From Candidatus Levyibacteriota bacterium (lineage in GTDB: Bacteria; Patescibacteriota; Microgenomatia; Levybacterales; UBA12049): 64,000 bases of DNA. Positions 9,548-19,728 of the stretch are shown piece after piece. The stretch is taken from positions 13,203-77,202 of the forward strand of contig DAHWUP010000002.1 in NCBI GenBank assembly GCA_027334565.1, written 5' to 3'. The position numbers and the translations under genes were made by a program. Under the pieces are notes generated by a model. That model was not told where the DNA came from and did no database searches. It saw only the letters and a list, made by a program, of their open reading frames with translations. How positions within the stretch are numbered: position 1 is the stretch's first letter; every line of letters starts with the position of its first letter.

Positions 9548-10756
9548 GTGTATGCTATACTTAAAAATATGGAAATGAACGTAAACGACGAGCTGTTGAC
9601 TCGCGGGGTCGCCAATATCATTCCCGGGAAAAAAGAACTTAAAGGCAAACTCGATAACGGTAAAAAAATCAATGTTTATTTGGGGATCGATCCGACTTCA
9701 ACCAAAATCCATCTGGGACACGCTGTTGCTTTGCGAAAACTCAACGAATTCGCCAAGAAGGGACATAACGTCACCTTCTTAATCGGCGATTTTACCGCCT
9801 TGATCGGCGACACGTCTGATAAAGAAACCGAAAGGCCGGCCTTAACTTTCGATGAGATAACCGAAAATTTTAAGACCTACAAAAAACAAGCGGAGAAAAT
9901 CCTTGATTTCTCTTTGGTCAAAATAAAATATAACAGCCAGTGGCTCAAACCCTTGACTTTCGAAGAGATTCTTAAACTTACCCAACATTTTAGCGCAGGT
10001 GATTTTATCGGAAGAGAACTCATCAAAAAGAGACTGGCGGAAGGGAAAAGGGTCGGACTACATGAGCTGCTTTATCCGGTAATGCAGGGCTATGACAGTT
10101 TTATGCTCGATACCGATCTTCAAATCGGCGGAACCGACCAAACCTTCAACATGCAGTCGGGAAGAACCATCATCAAAGTTAGACAGGGAAGAGAAAGTTT
10201 CATACTGACAACTCCTATCCTGGAAGGACCGGACGGAAGAAAAATGAGTAAATCCTGGGGGAATGCCATCTGGCTTGAAGATCCGCCTGAAGAGATGTAC
10301 GCAAAAGTAATGTCTATAAACGATGATCAAATAATCACTTATTTTGACCTTGCTACCAACTTGGGGATCAGGAAGATCAAAGACTTTGAACAACGACTGA
10401 AAAAAGAGAATCCGATCAATATTAAAAAAGAACTTGCTCGCCAAATAGTTTCGGAACTTCATTCCCCAAATGATGCCACTAAAGCGCAGAAAAAATTTGA
10501 AACCACCGTTCAAAAAAAAGAAATACCAGACAATATTAAACTTTTTTTCTTCGACCTGCCGGAACTCGGAATCGTCGAGATATTGATTCATACGAAACTA
10601 GCATCAAGTAATTCCGAAGCAAAAAGATTGATCGAACAAGGCGGGGTGGCAATCGATGATGTTATTATCAAACACCAAGACCAAATAATCGAAATTGGCA
10701 AGCAAAGATTGCTTCGGGTTGGAAAAAGGAATTTTGCAAGAATTGTGGTAAAATAG
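9548..10756 (+). CDS. tyrS: Tyrosyl-tRNA synthetase
   Basis: HIGH-type motif (KIHLGHAV), KMSKS (KMSKSWGN), and C-terminal S4-like RNA-binding domain (AKRLIEQGGVAIDDVII). True start may be ATG 9569 (MEMNV...), preceded by TATACT-N7. Confidence 0.85.
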   Translation: MYAILKNMEMNVNDELLTRGVANIIPGKKELKGKLDNGKKINVYLGIDPTSTKIHLGHAVALRKLNEFAKKGHNVTFLIGDFTALIGDTSDKETERPALTFDEITENFKTYKKQAEKILDFSLVKIKYNSQWLKPLTFEEILKLTQHFSAGDFIGRELIKKRLAEGKRVGLHELLYPVMQGYDSFMLDTDLQIGGTDQTFNMQSGRTIIKVRQGRESFILTTPILEGPDGRKMSKSWGNAIWLEDPPEEMYAKVMSINDDQIITYFDLATNLGIRKIKDFEQRLKKENPINIKKELARQIVSELHSPNDATKAQKKFETTVQKKEIPDNIKLFFFDLPELGIVEILIHTKLASSNSEAKRLIEQGGVAIDDVIIKHQDQIIEIGKQRLLRVGKRNFARIVVK

Positions 10757-10926
10757 TCATATGGAAATGTTCAGGCGGAAACAATGGATTTGGAAAATAA
10801 TCGTAATAATTTCCTCGCTCGCCCTAATTGTAAGTTCGGCATTGGTGTTCTTGCCTCCTCCCAAGTAATAACTTCCGAATTATGGATTTACAATTACCGG
10901 TTCAAAAGTTTTCAAGAAGCTATAAA

Positions 10927-12894
10927 ATGTATTTCCGAAAGCTTGAGCGTTTGGGTATTCACAAGCTAGAAGATTTTTTATTTCATATCCCGTTTAGATA
11001 TGACGATTATTCACTGACATCAAATGTCTCGGCACTTCAGGAAGGCGAAACGGTTACCGTTATGGGTAACCTTGAAAGCATAAAAAACGTTTATACCTAT
11101 CACCGGAAAAACCTGCAGCAAGCGGTGATCGCCGATAATACCGGAAAGCTCAATGTCCTCTGGTTTAACCAGCCGTTTCTGACCAGAATTTTAAAACCCG
11201 GAGACCATGTTTCGCTTTCCGGCAAAATCGTCACCGATAAGGGCAAGCTTGCAATGATTTCCCCGGAATATGAAGTGATCTTTGGCGGAAAGAACATCCA
11301 CACCGGTCGGTTGGTTCCGGTCTATCCCGAGACGCACGGAATTTCCTCAAAATGGCTCAGGCGACAAATCTACAAGCTGTTGGACCAGGCTTATCAAATC
11401 AAGGAATATCTGCCGCCACAGGTTATTGACGATAATAATCTGATGGACCTTTCCGATGCCTTACGCTTCGTCCATTTTCCGAATAGTCTTAAAGAGGCCG
11501 ATCGGGCAAAACAAAGATTAGCTTTCGATGAACTGTTCGATATGCAATTACAATCACTGGTACGAAAAAAACTATGGCAGCAAAAAATTATCAAAAAACC
11601 GATGGAAATCGAACGAGGGAAAATAGAAGGTTTTATCAAATCGCTTCCCTTTGAATTAACAAATTCACAAGTAAGCGCCGTCGGGGAGATAATTAAAGAT
11701 TTATCTTTGGAAAAACCGATGAACCGTCTGCTTGAGGGGGACGTGGGTAGCGGAAAAACCGTGGTCGCCTGTATTGCAATGTATATCGCCTTTATGAATA
11801 ATTTACAATCTGCTTTTCTCGCACCGACGGAAATTCTTGCAAAGCAGCATTTTAAAACCATCAAAGACTTTCTTTCTCCGTTCGGATTACAAATTAAACT
11901 GTTTACGGGATCATCAAAGAAAAATCAAACCGCAAAATTTGATATTGCGGTCGGTACCCATGCACTAATTTACAATCGGATAGAATTTGAACATTTGGGT
12001 CTTGTTGTTATCGACGAGCAGCAACGATTCGGCGTGGAACAACGCGCATCTATTAGAGGGAAAGGCAATAATCCTCACCTTTTGACCATGACTGCCACTC
12101 CGATCCCCAGAACTGTTGCTTTAACAATGTATGGGGATTTGGATCTTTCGCTTTTAAGCGACATGCCTAAGGGAAGGAAAATCGTCAAAACGTGGCTTGT
12201 TCCGCCGATTAAGCGTAACGGGGCCTACGCCTGGATTGAAAAAAAAATAAAAACCGAATTCGATCAGGTATTCATTGTCTGTCCGTTCATCGAGGAATCG
12301 GAAAGCATGGTCACTGTTAAAGCTGCGAAAATGGAGTACGAAAGGTTGAAAAATGAAATCTTTCCTGATCTGAAACTGGGCCTCTTACACGGCAAATTGA
12401 AGGCGGATGAAAAAGACCGGGTTTTAACCGAATTTAAAGACCGGAAAATAGATATTCTTGTTTCGACTCCGGTAGTTGAAGTTGGCATAGATATCCCTGG
12501 TGCTTCGATCATGCTAATAGAAGAGGCCGAGAGATTCGGACTTGCCCAACTGCACCAACTACGAGGTAGAGTAGGACGTTCGGATAAGCAGGCTTACTGC
12601 CTGCTATTTACGCAAAGCAAAACCAAAGAGACTTTGGACAGGTTAAAATTATTGGAAACCGTCTATTCCGGAGCGCAACTTGCCGAATTCGATCTAAAAC
12701 TTAGGGGCCCGGGACAGATCCACGGAACAGCCCAGCACGGAATTCCAAGACTAAAAATTGCCAGTTTTGCCGATTTTGATTTAATTGAAAAAACCGGAAT
12801 CGAAGCTAGAAAAATTTTTCACCAACTCAAACAATATCCCATGCTTTCGGCAAGAATCAAGCCTTTAAGCGAGCAACTTGTTTCACCCGATTAG
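10927..12894 (+). CDS. recG: ATP-dependent DNA helicase RecG
   Basis: Wedge-domain N-terminus (LGIHKLEDFLFHIPFRYDDY), Walker A DVGSGKTVVA, DEQQRFG, helicase motif VI (QLRGRVGRSDKQAYC). Start chosen at MYFRKLE (10927); ORF track gives 10882. Confidence 0.9.
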   Translation: MYFRKLERLGIHKLEDFLFHIPFRYDDYSLTSNVSALQEGETVTVMGNLESIKNVYTYHRKNLQQAVIADNTGKLNVLWFNQPFLTRILKPGDHVSLSGKIVTDKGKLAMISPEYEVIFGGKNIHTGRLVPVYPETHGISSKWLRRQIYKLLDQAYQIKEYLPPQVIDDNNLMDLSDALRFVHFPNSLKEADRAKQRLAFDELFDMQLQSLVRKKLWQQKIIKKPMEIERGKIEGFIKSLPFELTNSQVSAVGEIIKDLSLEKPMNRLLEGDVGSGKTVVACIAMYIAFMNNLQSAFLAPTEILAKQHFKTIKDFLSPFGLQIKLFTGSSKKNQTAKFDIAVGTHALIYNRIEFEHLGLVVIDEQQRFGVEQRASIRGKGNNPHLLTMTATPIPRTVALTMYGDLDLSLLSDMPKGRKIVKTWLVPPIKRNGAYAWIEKKIKTEFDQVFIVCPFIEESESMVTVKAAKMEYERLKNEIFPDLKLGLLHGKLKADEKDRVLTEFKDRKIDILVSTPVVEVGIDIPGASIMLIEEAERFGLAQLHQLRGRVGRSDKQAYCLLFTQSKTKETLDRLKLLETVYSGAQLAEFDLKLRGPGQIHGTAQHGIPRLKIASFADFDLIEKTGIEARKIFHQLKQYPMLSARIKPLSEQLVSPD

Positions 12895-12937
12895 CTACCC
12901 GTTGCATGCCGAAACGAAATAAAGTAAAATACAGATT

Positions 12938-13159
12938 ATGCCACAAGAGCCGAAAAAAAGACACAGCAGACAAAGACAAGGTAAAAGAAGAGCAGCTATC
13001 AAACTGACGGTTTTACGTACCGTAATATGCACAAATTGCGGTAAATCGATCCCTTCGCACAAAGTTTGCAAATATTGCGGTTTTTATAAAGGAAAAAGGG
13101 TGGTAAATACGGCAAAAAGAGAGAAAAAGGAAGAAAAAACAAAATCAGGCCAAACCTAG
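12938..13159 (+). CDS. rpmF: 50S ribosomal protein L32
   Basis: Basic N-terminus (KRHSRQRQGKRRA) plus CxxC...CxxC zinc ribbon (CTNCGKS...CKYCGFYKGKRV), typical of L32. Confidence 0.8.
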   Translation: MPQEPKKRHSRQRQGKRRAAIKLTVLRTVICTNCGKSIPSHKVCKYCGFYKGKRVVNTAKREKKEEKTKSGQT

Positions 13160-13174
13160 ACAGCTATTCAGAAA

Positions 13175-13522
13175 ATGAAAACTCCTCTTGACCCCAGACA
13201 TCAAAAAAGAAGGAAAGCTGTTGAAGATCTTTTTAAATCTCAGTTTTTAAAACAACCGATCGGGGAAATCGCCCAAAAGATTATGCGACAGCAGGATTTC
13301 ATAGATCAAAAGATCAATGAGATTGCTCCGGATTTTCCTATAGATAAGGTCAATAAAATAGACCTGGCTATCCTTAGGCTATCGATTTTTGAGCTTTTGA
13401 TTGACAAAACTCAACCCCCGAGGGTTATAATAGATGAAGCTGTTGAGCTCGCCAAGGAATACGGAGGGGAAACCAGCCCAAAATTTATTAACGGAGCACT
13501 GGGTAAATTAATCAAGCAATGA
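13175..13522 (+). CDS. nusB: Transcription antitermination factor NusB
   Basis: RRKAVE...DLAILRLSIFELL...VIIDEAVELAKEYGGETSPKFINGALGKL matches the NusB fold pattern. Overlaps rnc by 4 nt. Confidence 0.85.
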   Translation: MKTPLDPRHQKRRKAVEDLFKSQFLKQPIGEIAQKIMRQQDFIDQKINEIAPDFPIDKVNKIDLAILRLSIFELLIDKTQPPRVIIDEAVELAKEYGGETSPKFINGALGKLIKQ

Positions 13523-14205
13523 TCGATATTCCGAAATTCAAAAATCAACGTTTATTCGAACAGGCGTTCATACACCGAAGTTATCTAAACGAAACCAAGG
13601 AACAACTTTCATCCAACGAGCGCCTGGAATTTTTAGGTGACAGTATTATTTCGTTCGTCGTTTCAAAACATTTATTTTCAAAGTATCCGGATTATAACGA
13701 AGGAATACTTACCAACCTAAGGTCTCTTTTGGTCAACACCAAAAGCTTGGCCAAAATAGCCAAAGAATTAGGTTTTGGTAACCTCCTAAAGCTTTCAAAG
13801 GGTGAAGAAGACTCCAAAGGCAGGCAAAACCAAAGCTTGCTCGCTGATTGTTTTGAAGCTTTCATCGGTGCCCTTTTCATCGACCAAGGAATCGATATTG
13901 TCATCGATTTTCTCAATAAAACCTTAATTCCCAAAGTCGAAGAAGTCGAAAAAACCCGAACATATAAAGATCCCAAAAGCCTTTTGCAGGAATATGCTCA
14001 AGCAAAAAGATTTAGCTCTCCCGTATATAAGGTTCTTCAGGAATCCGGACCTGCACACAAAAGAATTTTTAAAATCGGAGCTTATGTGAATAATCAGTTG
14101 GTCGGAGAAGGTTTCGGGAAATCCAAGCGTGACGCGGAAGAACAGGCGGCAGAGAAAGCCCTCGAAAAAGTCAAATCCCAAACACCGTTGAAGAGTCGAA
14201 TCTAA
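13519..14205 (+). CDS. rnc: Ribonuclease III
   Basis: RNase III signature ERLEFLGDSII and C-terminal dsRBD (PKSLLQEYAQ...). Confidence 0.9.
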   Translation: MIDIPKFKNQRLFEQAFIHRSYLNETKEQLSSNERLEFLGDSIISFVVSKHLFSKYPDYNEGILTNLRSLLVNTKSLAKIAKELGFGNLLKLSKGEEDSKGRQNQSLLADCFEAFIGALFIDQGIDIVIDFLNKTLIPKVEEVEKTRTYKDPKSLLQEYAQAKRFSSPVYKVLQESGPAHKRIFKIGAYVNNQLVGEGFGKSKRDAEEQAAEKALEKVKSQTPLKSRI

Positions 14206-14223
14206 AATGGTAAAATATACTTT

Positions 14224-14442
14224 ATGCTAATCATTCGATCATCTACAACCGGTAAAAGAGGAGAACGGAAATTCAGGATCGTTGTAAAAGAGAAAAGATC
14301 CAGAAGAGACGGCAAAGCTATAGAGACCTTAGGCTGGTACGAAAAAGGTCCCAACGGAAAAAAACAAATCGATAAAGTAAGATATGATTACTGGGTTTCA
14401 AAGGGGGCGGTTCCAACGCCTGCCATTGAAAAATTAATTTAA
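14224..14442 (+). CDS. rpsP: 30S ribosomal protein S16
   Basis: KRGERKFRIVVKEKRSRRDGKAIETLGWY... matches the S16 pattern. Followed by a KH protein and trmD as in the rpsP operon. Confidence 0.8.
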   Translation: MLIIRSSTTGKRGERKFRIVVKEKRSRRDGKAIETLGWYEKGPNGKKQIDKVRYDYWVSKGAVPTPAIEKLI

Positions 14443-14681
14443 TGAAAGACACACTTTTATATATTGTTTCGTCTATAGTCGAGCATCCGGATAAGGTATC
14501 TGTGAGCGAAGAGGAGAGCGAGGGTGTAATAAACTTCCAAGTGAATGTTGATAAAGAGGATATGGGAAGAGTAATCGGTAAGAACGGAAAAGTGATCAAA
14601 GCTATCCGAAATGTATTGAAAATTCCTGCCATAAAAAGCAATAAAAAAATCTATATCGCACTATCCGAAATTCCCCAGTAG
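14442..14681 (+). CDS. KH-domain RNA-binding protein (YlqC/UPF0109 family)
   Basis: GRVIGKNGKVIKAIR is a KH GXXG motif. Conserved position between rpsP and trmD. Confidence 0.75.
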   Translation: MKDTLLYIVSSIVEHPDKVSVSEEESEGVINFQVNVDKEDMGRVIGKNGKVIKAIRNVLKIPAIKSNKKIYIALSEIPQ

Positions 14682-14685
14682 GATT

Positions 14686-15399
14686 ATGAAAATATCAATC
14701 ATCACGCTCTTTCCGGAAATGTTCGACGGACCGTTTAAATATTCCATTGTCCAAAGAGCTATCGAAAAGAAACTGGTACAAATTTCGTTTATTAATCTTC
14801 GGGATTTCGGACTTGGAAAACATAAGTTGGTTGACGACACGCCGTACGGTGGAGGGTACGGAATGATTCTAAGGGCAGATGTGTTATTAAAGGCCGTTCA
14901 AAGCGCAAAAATTCGCGACACAAAAACAAAACAAAAAGTCGTATTGTTGAGCCCGCACGGCAAAAGCTTTAAGCAGAAAATTGCGAAACGGTTCTCAAAA
15001 CTTGATAATTTGATCCTAATTTGCGGACACTATGAAGGATTTGATGAGAGAATAAAGAATTACATCGACGAAGAAATATCGGTGGGTGATTTTATTTTAA
15101 CCGGAGGAGAACTACCGGCAATGCTTGTGACCGATTCCGTCGTAAGGCTGATTAAAGGCGCTATTGCAAAAGGTTCCCCAGAGGAAGAATCCTTTTCTCC
15201 ACTGCTTGAATATCCGCAATATACCAAACCTGCGGTATTTAAGGGATTACATGTTCCCGATATCCTGCTGTCGGGAAACCATAAAGAGATTGCCAAATGG
15301 AGAATGGAGAAATCGCTCCAAATCACCCGAAAACTTAGGCCCGACCTAATCAAAACGGCGAGTAATTCGTCTGAGAAGAAGAACTGGCCACTAAACTGA
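14686..15399 (+). CDS. trmD: tRNA (guanine37-N1)-methyltransferase TrmD
   Basis: MKISIITLFPEMF...DDTPYGGGYGMIL carries the SPOUT/TrmD signature motifs. Confidence 0.9.
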   Translation: MKISIITLFPEMFDGPFKYSIVQRAIEKKLVQISFINLRDFGLGKHKLVDDTPYGGGYGMILRADVLLKAVQSAKIRDTKTKQKVVLLSPHGKSFKQKIAKRFSKLDNLILICGHYEGFDERIKNYIDEEISVGDFILTGGELPAMLVTDSVVRLIKGAIAKGSPEEESFSPLLEYPQYTKPAVFKGLHVPDILLSGNHKEIAKWRMEKSLQITRKLRPDLIKTASNSSEKKNWPLN

Positions 15400-16150
15400 C
15401 GCTGGCTGAAGCGATCGCCTGTGTATCCGATAACAATAGCCCATTTTGTACAATCAGATTATTCCAGGTGTATAAATTGGTAATAAGACTTTTATCACCG
15501 GATGATAGGGGATTAATCGGTGTTTCATCGCTCAAATTCTGCGGCGGAAAAGGTTTAAAAAAGAAGTTTAATAATAAGTCCGCTTGGGTATTGTTTAGTT
15601 TGATGCTGTAAACCTCTGCCAAGGGTACGGTCTTATATAACTCATTAAGAAACGACGTCAGCGAGGCAGTGCTTCCGTTTGTTTGAAGCTGCACTTGTAT
15701 GGTTGGATAGGGTAAGTTATCAGAACCGGTTAATTTGGATAAATTTCCCGGACTGAATTGAAAACTATTTATAGCTATTCCCGCTCTTGCGGAAGCTACG
15801 GAAATCGCGGTCATAATACCGTAAAAATCTTTCCCGGAAGGCAGTGTTTTTGTTAGCAGTTTTAAATCCGAACTCGACTGGGTATCATCAAGGCTGACCA
15901 AATAATTATAATTATTTTTTAAAACGTTCAACTGTTGTGTGGCCTGATCGAGCTGATTTTTAGAGCTAAAATATTGGTTAATTTGGGGAATAATCACCAT
16001 GAATAATATCAAGATGCTTGCAAGTATAACAATCATGGGAAATAAATAACCTTTATATTTATTGTAGGTTATATATAACGATTCCTTATCCGGCTTTAGA
16101 TCCTGAATTCCCTGCAAATTTAAATTGTTTAGTCCAAAATTTTGTTCCAT
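15350..16150 (-). CDS. pilO: Type IV pilus assembly protein PilO-like (single TM helix plus periplasmic domain)
   Basis: Position after pilM-pilN, N-terminal TM helix, coiled-coil then periplasmic domain. Weak sequence-level support. Confidence 0.55.
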   Translation of the reverse strand: MEQNFGLNNLNLQGIQDLKPDKESLYITYNKYKGYLFPMIVILASILILFMVIIPQINQYFSSKNQLDQATQQLNVLKNNYNYLVSLDDTQSSSDLKLLTKTLPSGKDFYGIMTAISVASARAGIAINSFQFSPGNLSKLTGSDNLPYPTIQVQLQTNGSTASLTSFLNELYKTVPLAEVYSIKLNNTQADLLLNFFFKPFPPQNLSDETPINPLSSGDKSLITNLYTWNNLIVQNGLLLSDTQAIASASVSLVASSSSQTNYSPF

Positions 16151-16152
16151 AT

Positions 16153-16686
16153 TTATAAAATATCTGCCTGAAACGTCAACCTGTACACCGATAGATCCGA
16201 ATTGTACACCAGACTTTGTATGCTAAAATTGGATATTTTACTATTTTTATTGACCGAATCGATCAAACCGTTGATGTAATCGTTCATTGACATAAGCGAA
16301 GCACCTGTCACAGTGATCGATAATGAACCGTTATCGAGTATCATTTGGGTTACCGTTAGGTCCGACGGCAAAATGGTCATGAACTGATTGACTATTTGTG
16401 GATAATCTTTACGTTTATTAAGTAAAATCTGGATGTTATGAACTCTGTCCTGCGTTAACACCACCGTCACTATCCTTTGATGTAGTTGCGAAATTCCCTG
16501 CAGGGTTTGATTCTGACTGTTTTTAACCGCGTTGATAGGCAAAAGCAAGGTAATGGCGAAAAATATAATCGAAATCAGTCCGACACAAATAATTGAGCAT
16601 AGAGCGAGTATTTTTACTATCTTTTGCTGTTTAAACTGATTCTCAACTTCTACACTTCTTCCCGGTGCCAGATTAATTTCATTCAT
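16153..16686 (-). CDS. pilN: Type IV pilus assembly protein PilN-like
   Basis: Short cytoplasmic N-terminus, TM helix, periplasmic domain. Overlaps pilM stop. Gene order pilM-pilN-pilO. Confidence 0.6.
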   Translation of the reverse strand: MNEINLAPGRSVEVENQFKQQKIVKILALCSIICVGLISIIFFAITLLLPINAVKNSQNQTLQGISQLHQRIVTVVLTQDRVHNIQILLNKRKDYPQIVNQFMTILPSDLTVTQMILDNGSLSITVTGASLMSMNDYINGLIDSVNKNSKISNFSIQSLVYNSDLSVYRLTFQADIL

Positions 16687-17713
16687 AATCTCTCATTGCC
16701 AAACCGACTGCGATTGTATAATCCGCAGCATTGTCTATGATTTCCTTCGGAACCTCCTGAGACGCTAAAATCTTCCAGGGGTTGGCGATGGCTGTTTCAA
16801 TGCCTGAGTTATTGGCAAAATATAATTCAATTCCCGGTAACTTGGCCGATCCACCGCATAGTATGATCTGTCTTATCGGTGAGTCGTTCTGATATTTTTG
16901 CGAATAATAGGCGATGGATTTTTTGATTTCAGCCAAAATGGAATTTAAGATTGGTACGGTTGCCCGGCTGATTTTTCCACCCAACGATTTTTCGGATACT
17001 CCATAAACCCTTTTATACTCTTCCGCCTGTTGGGGCGTAAGTCCGAAATCCGTAGCAATTGCCCTGTTGATTGCGGCACCGCCCAAGGACATCGAATAAG
17101 TAAATATCATTATCCCGTTTTTAACAATCGCGAAAGAAGTGCTTATCGCACCGATGTTAACGATAAGACTGGTCGGATAAGTTTCATCCAATACCAAAGC
17201 CCGTAAGGTTGAAAGGATCTCTGTTTCCATCCCCTTGACCGAAAGTCCCGCCATTTGAGCGACTCTTTGATATTTATTAACCAATACCGTTGGTGCCCCA
17301 ACCATCAAAACCTGCATCTTTCCCGCAGTTCCTTTATCCAACGGTCTTTTTAAAACATTCCAAACCAAAGTTATATTTTGCAGGGGAACGGGAATATATT
17401 GTTCTGCTTCCCAATATATGGCCGAGGCCAGTTCCTTATCGGAAATCACAGGCATATCCAACACCTTGGTGTAAACCTGATTTTCGGGCAAAGCAATGTT
17501 TACCAAGCTGGAATTGATACCGGTATCTTTTACCATTTTTGCTACGGTCTGTGCCATCGCTTCTTCGTCAAGAGGAGAGCCGGACATCATTCCCTTGGGA
17601 GGTGAAGGAACAATTGATGCGGCCTTTAACACGAACGACTTGTTCTTGCCCGAAAGCATAACAAGTTTGATAGATGTTGCACCGATATCGAGACCGAAAG
17701 ACTCTTTATTCAT
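16679..17713 (-). CDS. pilM: Type IV pilus assembly protein PilM (actin-like ATPase fold)
   Basis: FGLDIGATSIKLV start and actin/FtsA-like fold motifs (ILCGGSAKLPG). Confidence 0.8.
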   Translation of the reverse strand: MNKESFGLDIGATSIKLVMLSGKNKSFVLKAASIVPSPPKGMMSGSPLDEEAMAQTVAKMVKDTGINSSLVNIALPENQVYTKVLDMPVISDKELASAIYWEAEQYIPVPLQNITLVWNVLKRPLDKGTAGKMQVLMVGAPTVLVNKYQRVAQMAGLSVKGMETEILSTLRALVLDETYPTSLIVNIGAISTSFAIVKNGIMIFTYSMSLGGAAINRAIATDFGLTPQQAEEYKRVYGVSEKSLGGKISRATVPILNSILAEIKKSIAYYSQKYQNDSPIRQIILCGGSAKLPGIELYFANNSGIETAIANPWKILASQEVPKEIIDNAADYTIAVGLAMRDYE

Positions 17714-18600
17714 TACGGCTGAAACAGATTATAAGGAAAGAATTCGGCAGGAACTTCGGGGTATCCCTCATAAACAGTAATCTTTCGGGTTGTACTGTTA
17801 TTGGCTGTACCTTGAGATGTAATTATCCTGCCTTGCGCCGGTAATGTGGGAGTTCCAAAAACGCCGATCGCTGTTCCCATGTAGATCGGGTTTATTCTGA
17901 TAAGAAGCACATTAGGAGGCAATACTCCCGAGCCAGAGGTAAGGGTTGCTCTGTATTGCAGGGTTTGCCCACCGATATTTGTAGTGGCCTGTGAAGTTGA
18001 GGTGGCCGTACCGAAATGATTTACCGCTCTTCTTGCCGAACACGGATCGATCGTAACCCTCTTAAGACTTGGTGCTGCTTTAGTGCCGTAAATAATGGCA
18101 ACCTCAAGCGCTGCATTATTGCAAGGATTATTTTTATCGTTTCCCCAGAAAATATCAAACTCGGAGCCCGACCAGCTTGTACTAAATGCCGTGGCAGGAT
18201 CGGAAGAGTAGGTTGTGACCCAGACATCGATCGCATCATCTTTGGAAACCAGGTCTCCGCCGTTTATCAAAAAATTTTGTGTGGTATTCTGGGTACTTAC
18301 GGTCGTAGAATATGAGGTTGCATTTGTGGTACCGGTCGTATTAAATGTTCCGACGATCGCGGGCGCCCCGGGTGCGGTATCGTTTTTCAATGCCTGTTCG
18401 ACTCCTGCCTCCGCTGCGGCCAGTGCTTTCTGCGAATTTGCTTGGTTGGTAGTATTTTTAACGTTTACGACACTGCGCGTGGCAATCGACAGGCCTACCG
18501 TCAAAGCGACCACCATTATTAAAACTACTATAAGAAGAGCCTGTCCTCCCTGGCTTTTGAGCCTATTTGTAAAAGTCATACTCTTAATATAGAGTAGCAA
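17713..18600 (-). CDS. PilX-N-like pseudopilin / pilus assembly protein
   Basis: N-terminus KSQGGQALLIVVLIMVVALTVGLSIATRS...AEAG resembles the PilX_N family hydrophobic anchor. Thr/Asn/Ser-rich extracellular part. Confidence 0.5.
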   Translation of the reverse strand: MLLYIKSMTFTNRLKSQGGQALLIVVLIMVVALTVGLSIATRSVVNVKNTTNQANSQKALAAAEAGVEQALKNDTAPGAPAIVGTFNTTGTTNATSYSTTVSTQNTTQNFLINGGDLVSKDDAIDVWVTTYSSDPATAFSTSWSGSEFDIFWGNDKNNPCNNAALEVAIIYGTKAAPSLKRVTIDPCSARRAVNHFGTATSTSQATTNIGGQTLQYRATLTSGSGVLPPNVLLIRINPIYMGTAIGVFGTPTLPAQGRIITSQGTANNSTTRKITVYEGYPEVPAEFFPYNLFQP

Positions 18601-18631
18601 TAAATCTTACGGCTTGTCAACTTCCCGAAAC

Positions 18632-19246
18632 TTAATTACTGTTCCGCGGTTGCACGCTGGTTTCAAAATCCAAACTGGACTTTTGTTCGGCCAGCTGGGC
18701 AGGGTTTAAAGGATTGAATGTTTGGACGGTGAACGAAATCGTTACCAGCGGACTGACTCCCGTGCCTGAACCGTTACAGAGGATCTGGCAGTTGGTAACA
18801 TACAGTGAACTATCTACCAAAGATGCCCCGTTTGAAGCGATCGTATAGGGCGGTGAATCGGTTTGTCCGTTGCAGCTGTAAACGGTGGTGCCTCCGTCAA
18901 AAGATTGAACCCGGATATATTTGTAAACCGTTGTTGAAGTTGACGGACAATCGGTTATATACGTACTTCCGTTCGTACCGTTGACATCGCATGAATTATT
19001 TAAAATACCGGGGTTGTTATCGGTGCTTACACCGCAAAAGTTTTGTGCATATGCGATTGTTTTACTGATCTGAGAAAGCGCATAATTTCCGTTTTGACGG
19101 ATATTGTTGACGCTTGAAGCTTTGTTTATCCCGCGAAGCGTACCGGTAATTATGCCCAAAGCAACGCCTCCTACAATGGTTAATATCATCAATACAACCA
19201 AAAGTTCTATTAATGTAAAACCTTGATCATTTAATGTTTTTTTCAT
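18632..19246 (-). CDS. Type IV (pseudo)pilin, minor
   Basis: Class III signal: KKTLNDQ G|FTLIELLVVLMIL (Gly-1, Phe+1, Glu+5). Confidence 0.7.
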   Translation of the reverse strand: MKKTLNDQGFTLIELLVVLMILTIVGGVALGIITGTLRGINKASSVNNIRQNGNYALSQISKTIAYAQNFCGVSTDNNPGILNNSCDVNGTNGSTYITDCPSTSTTVYKYIRVQSFDGGTTVYSCNGQTDSPPYTIASNGASLVDSSLYVTNCQILCNGSGTGVSPLVTISFTVQTFNPLNPAQLAEQKSSLDFETSVQPRNSN

Positions 19247-19728
19247 GGGTTAGGCGGATTAGCTATTTGTGCAAAACAGGAATCTAAGGTCACGTTTTCA
19301 CAATATTTGTTGCTTCCGGTACATTTGGAATCAGGCCAGGAAACGGATACCGTCACCTTTTCACCGGAACCGCAGCTAGCGTCGGCGGTGTTAATCACAA
19401 CCGACCGGATAAAATTATTATTATTACTTGTGATATTCGGGGTACTACAACCCCCGGTCGGAGAACCAAGGTCGGTAGAATTTTCAGCCAGGCAATAAGT
19501 CCCGGATACATAAGCCGAAAAGGCGCTCCAGTTGGAATCGCTTTGTTGTCGTACAATATCTAAAGCCTGCTGGGCATATTGGGTTGCCAGATTCTGGGTT
19601 TTGGAATAATCCGCATTATTTACGGTTGTTAATACTACCAGGGCTATAGATCCGATAATAATTGCCGCAACTCCCAATGCCAGCATCGCTTCAACCAGTG
19701 ATTGTCCTTTATCATTTATAATCATCAT
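19243..19728 (-). CDS. Type IV (pseudo)pilin, minor
   Basis: Start re-set to MMIINDKGQSLVEAMLALGVAAIIIG (prepilin motif with Glu+5). The ORF-track 76-aa N-terminal extension would overlap the upstream pilin; ATGA overlap with its stop. Confidence 0.65.
   Translation of the reverse strand: MMIINDKGQSLVEAMLALGVAAIIIGSIALVVLTTVNNADYSKTQNLATQYAQQALDIVRQQSDSNWSAFSAYVSGTYCLAENSTDLGSPTGGCSTPNITSNNNNFIRSVVINTADASCGSGEKVTVSVSWPDSKCTGSNKYCENVTLDSCFAQIANPPNP

Noticed and set aside
10058-10591. Antisense 177-aa ORF inside tyrS, and similar antisense ORFs inside pheT, hppA, pilB, gyrA
   Set aside because: All are fully embedded in strongly supported conserved genes on the opposite strand and have no motifs. 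They are typical of 45-50% GC coding DNA.
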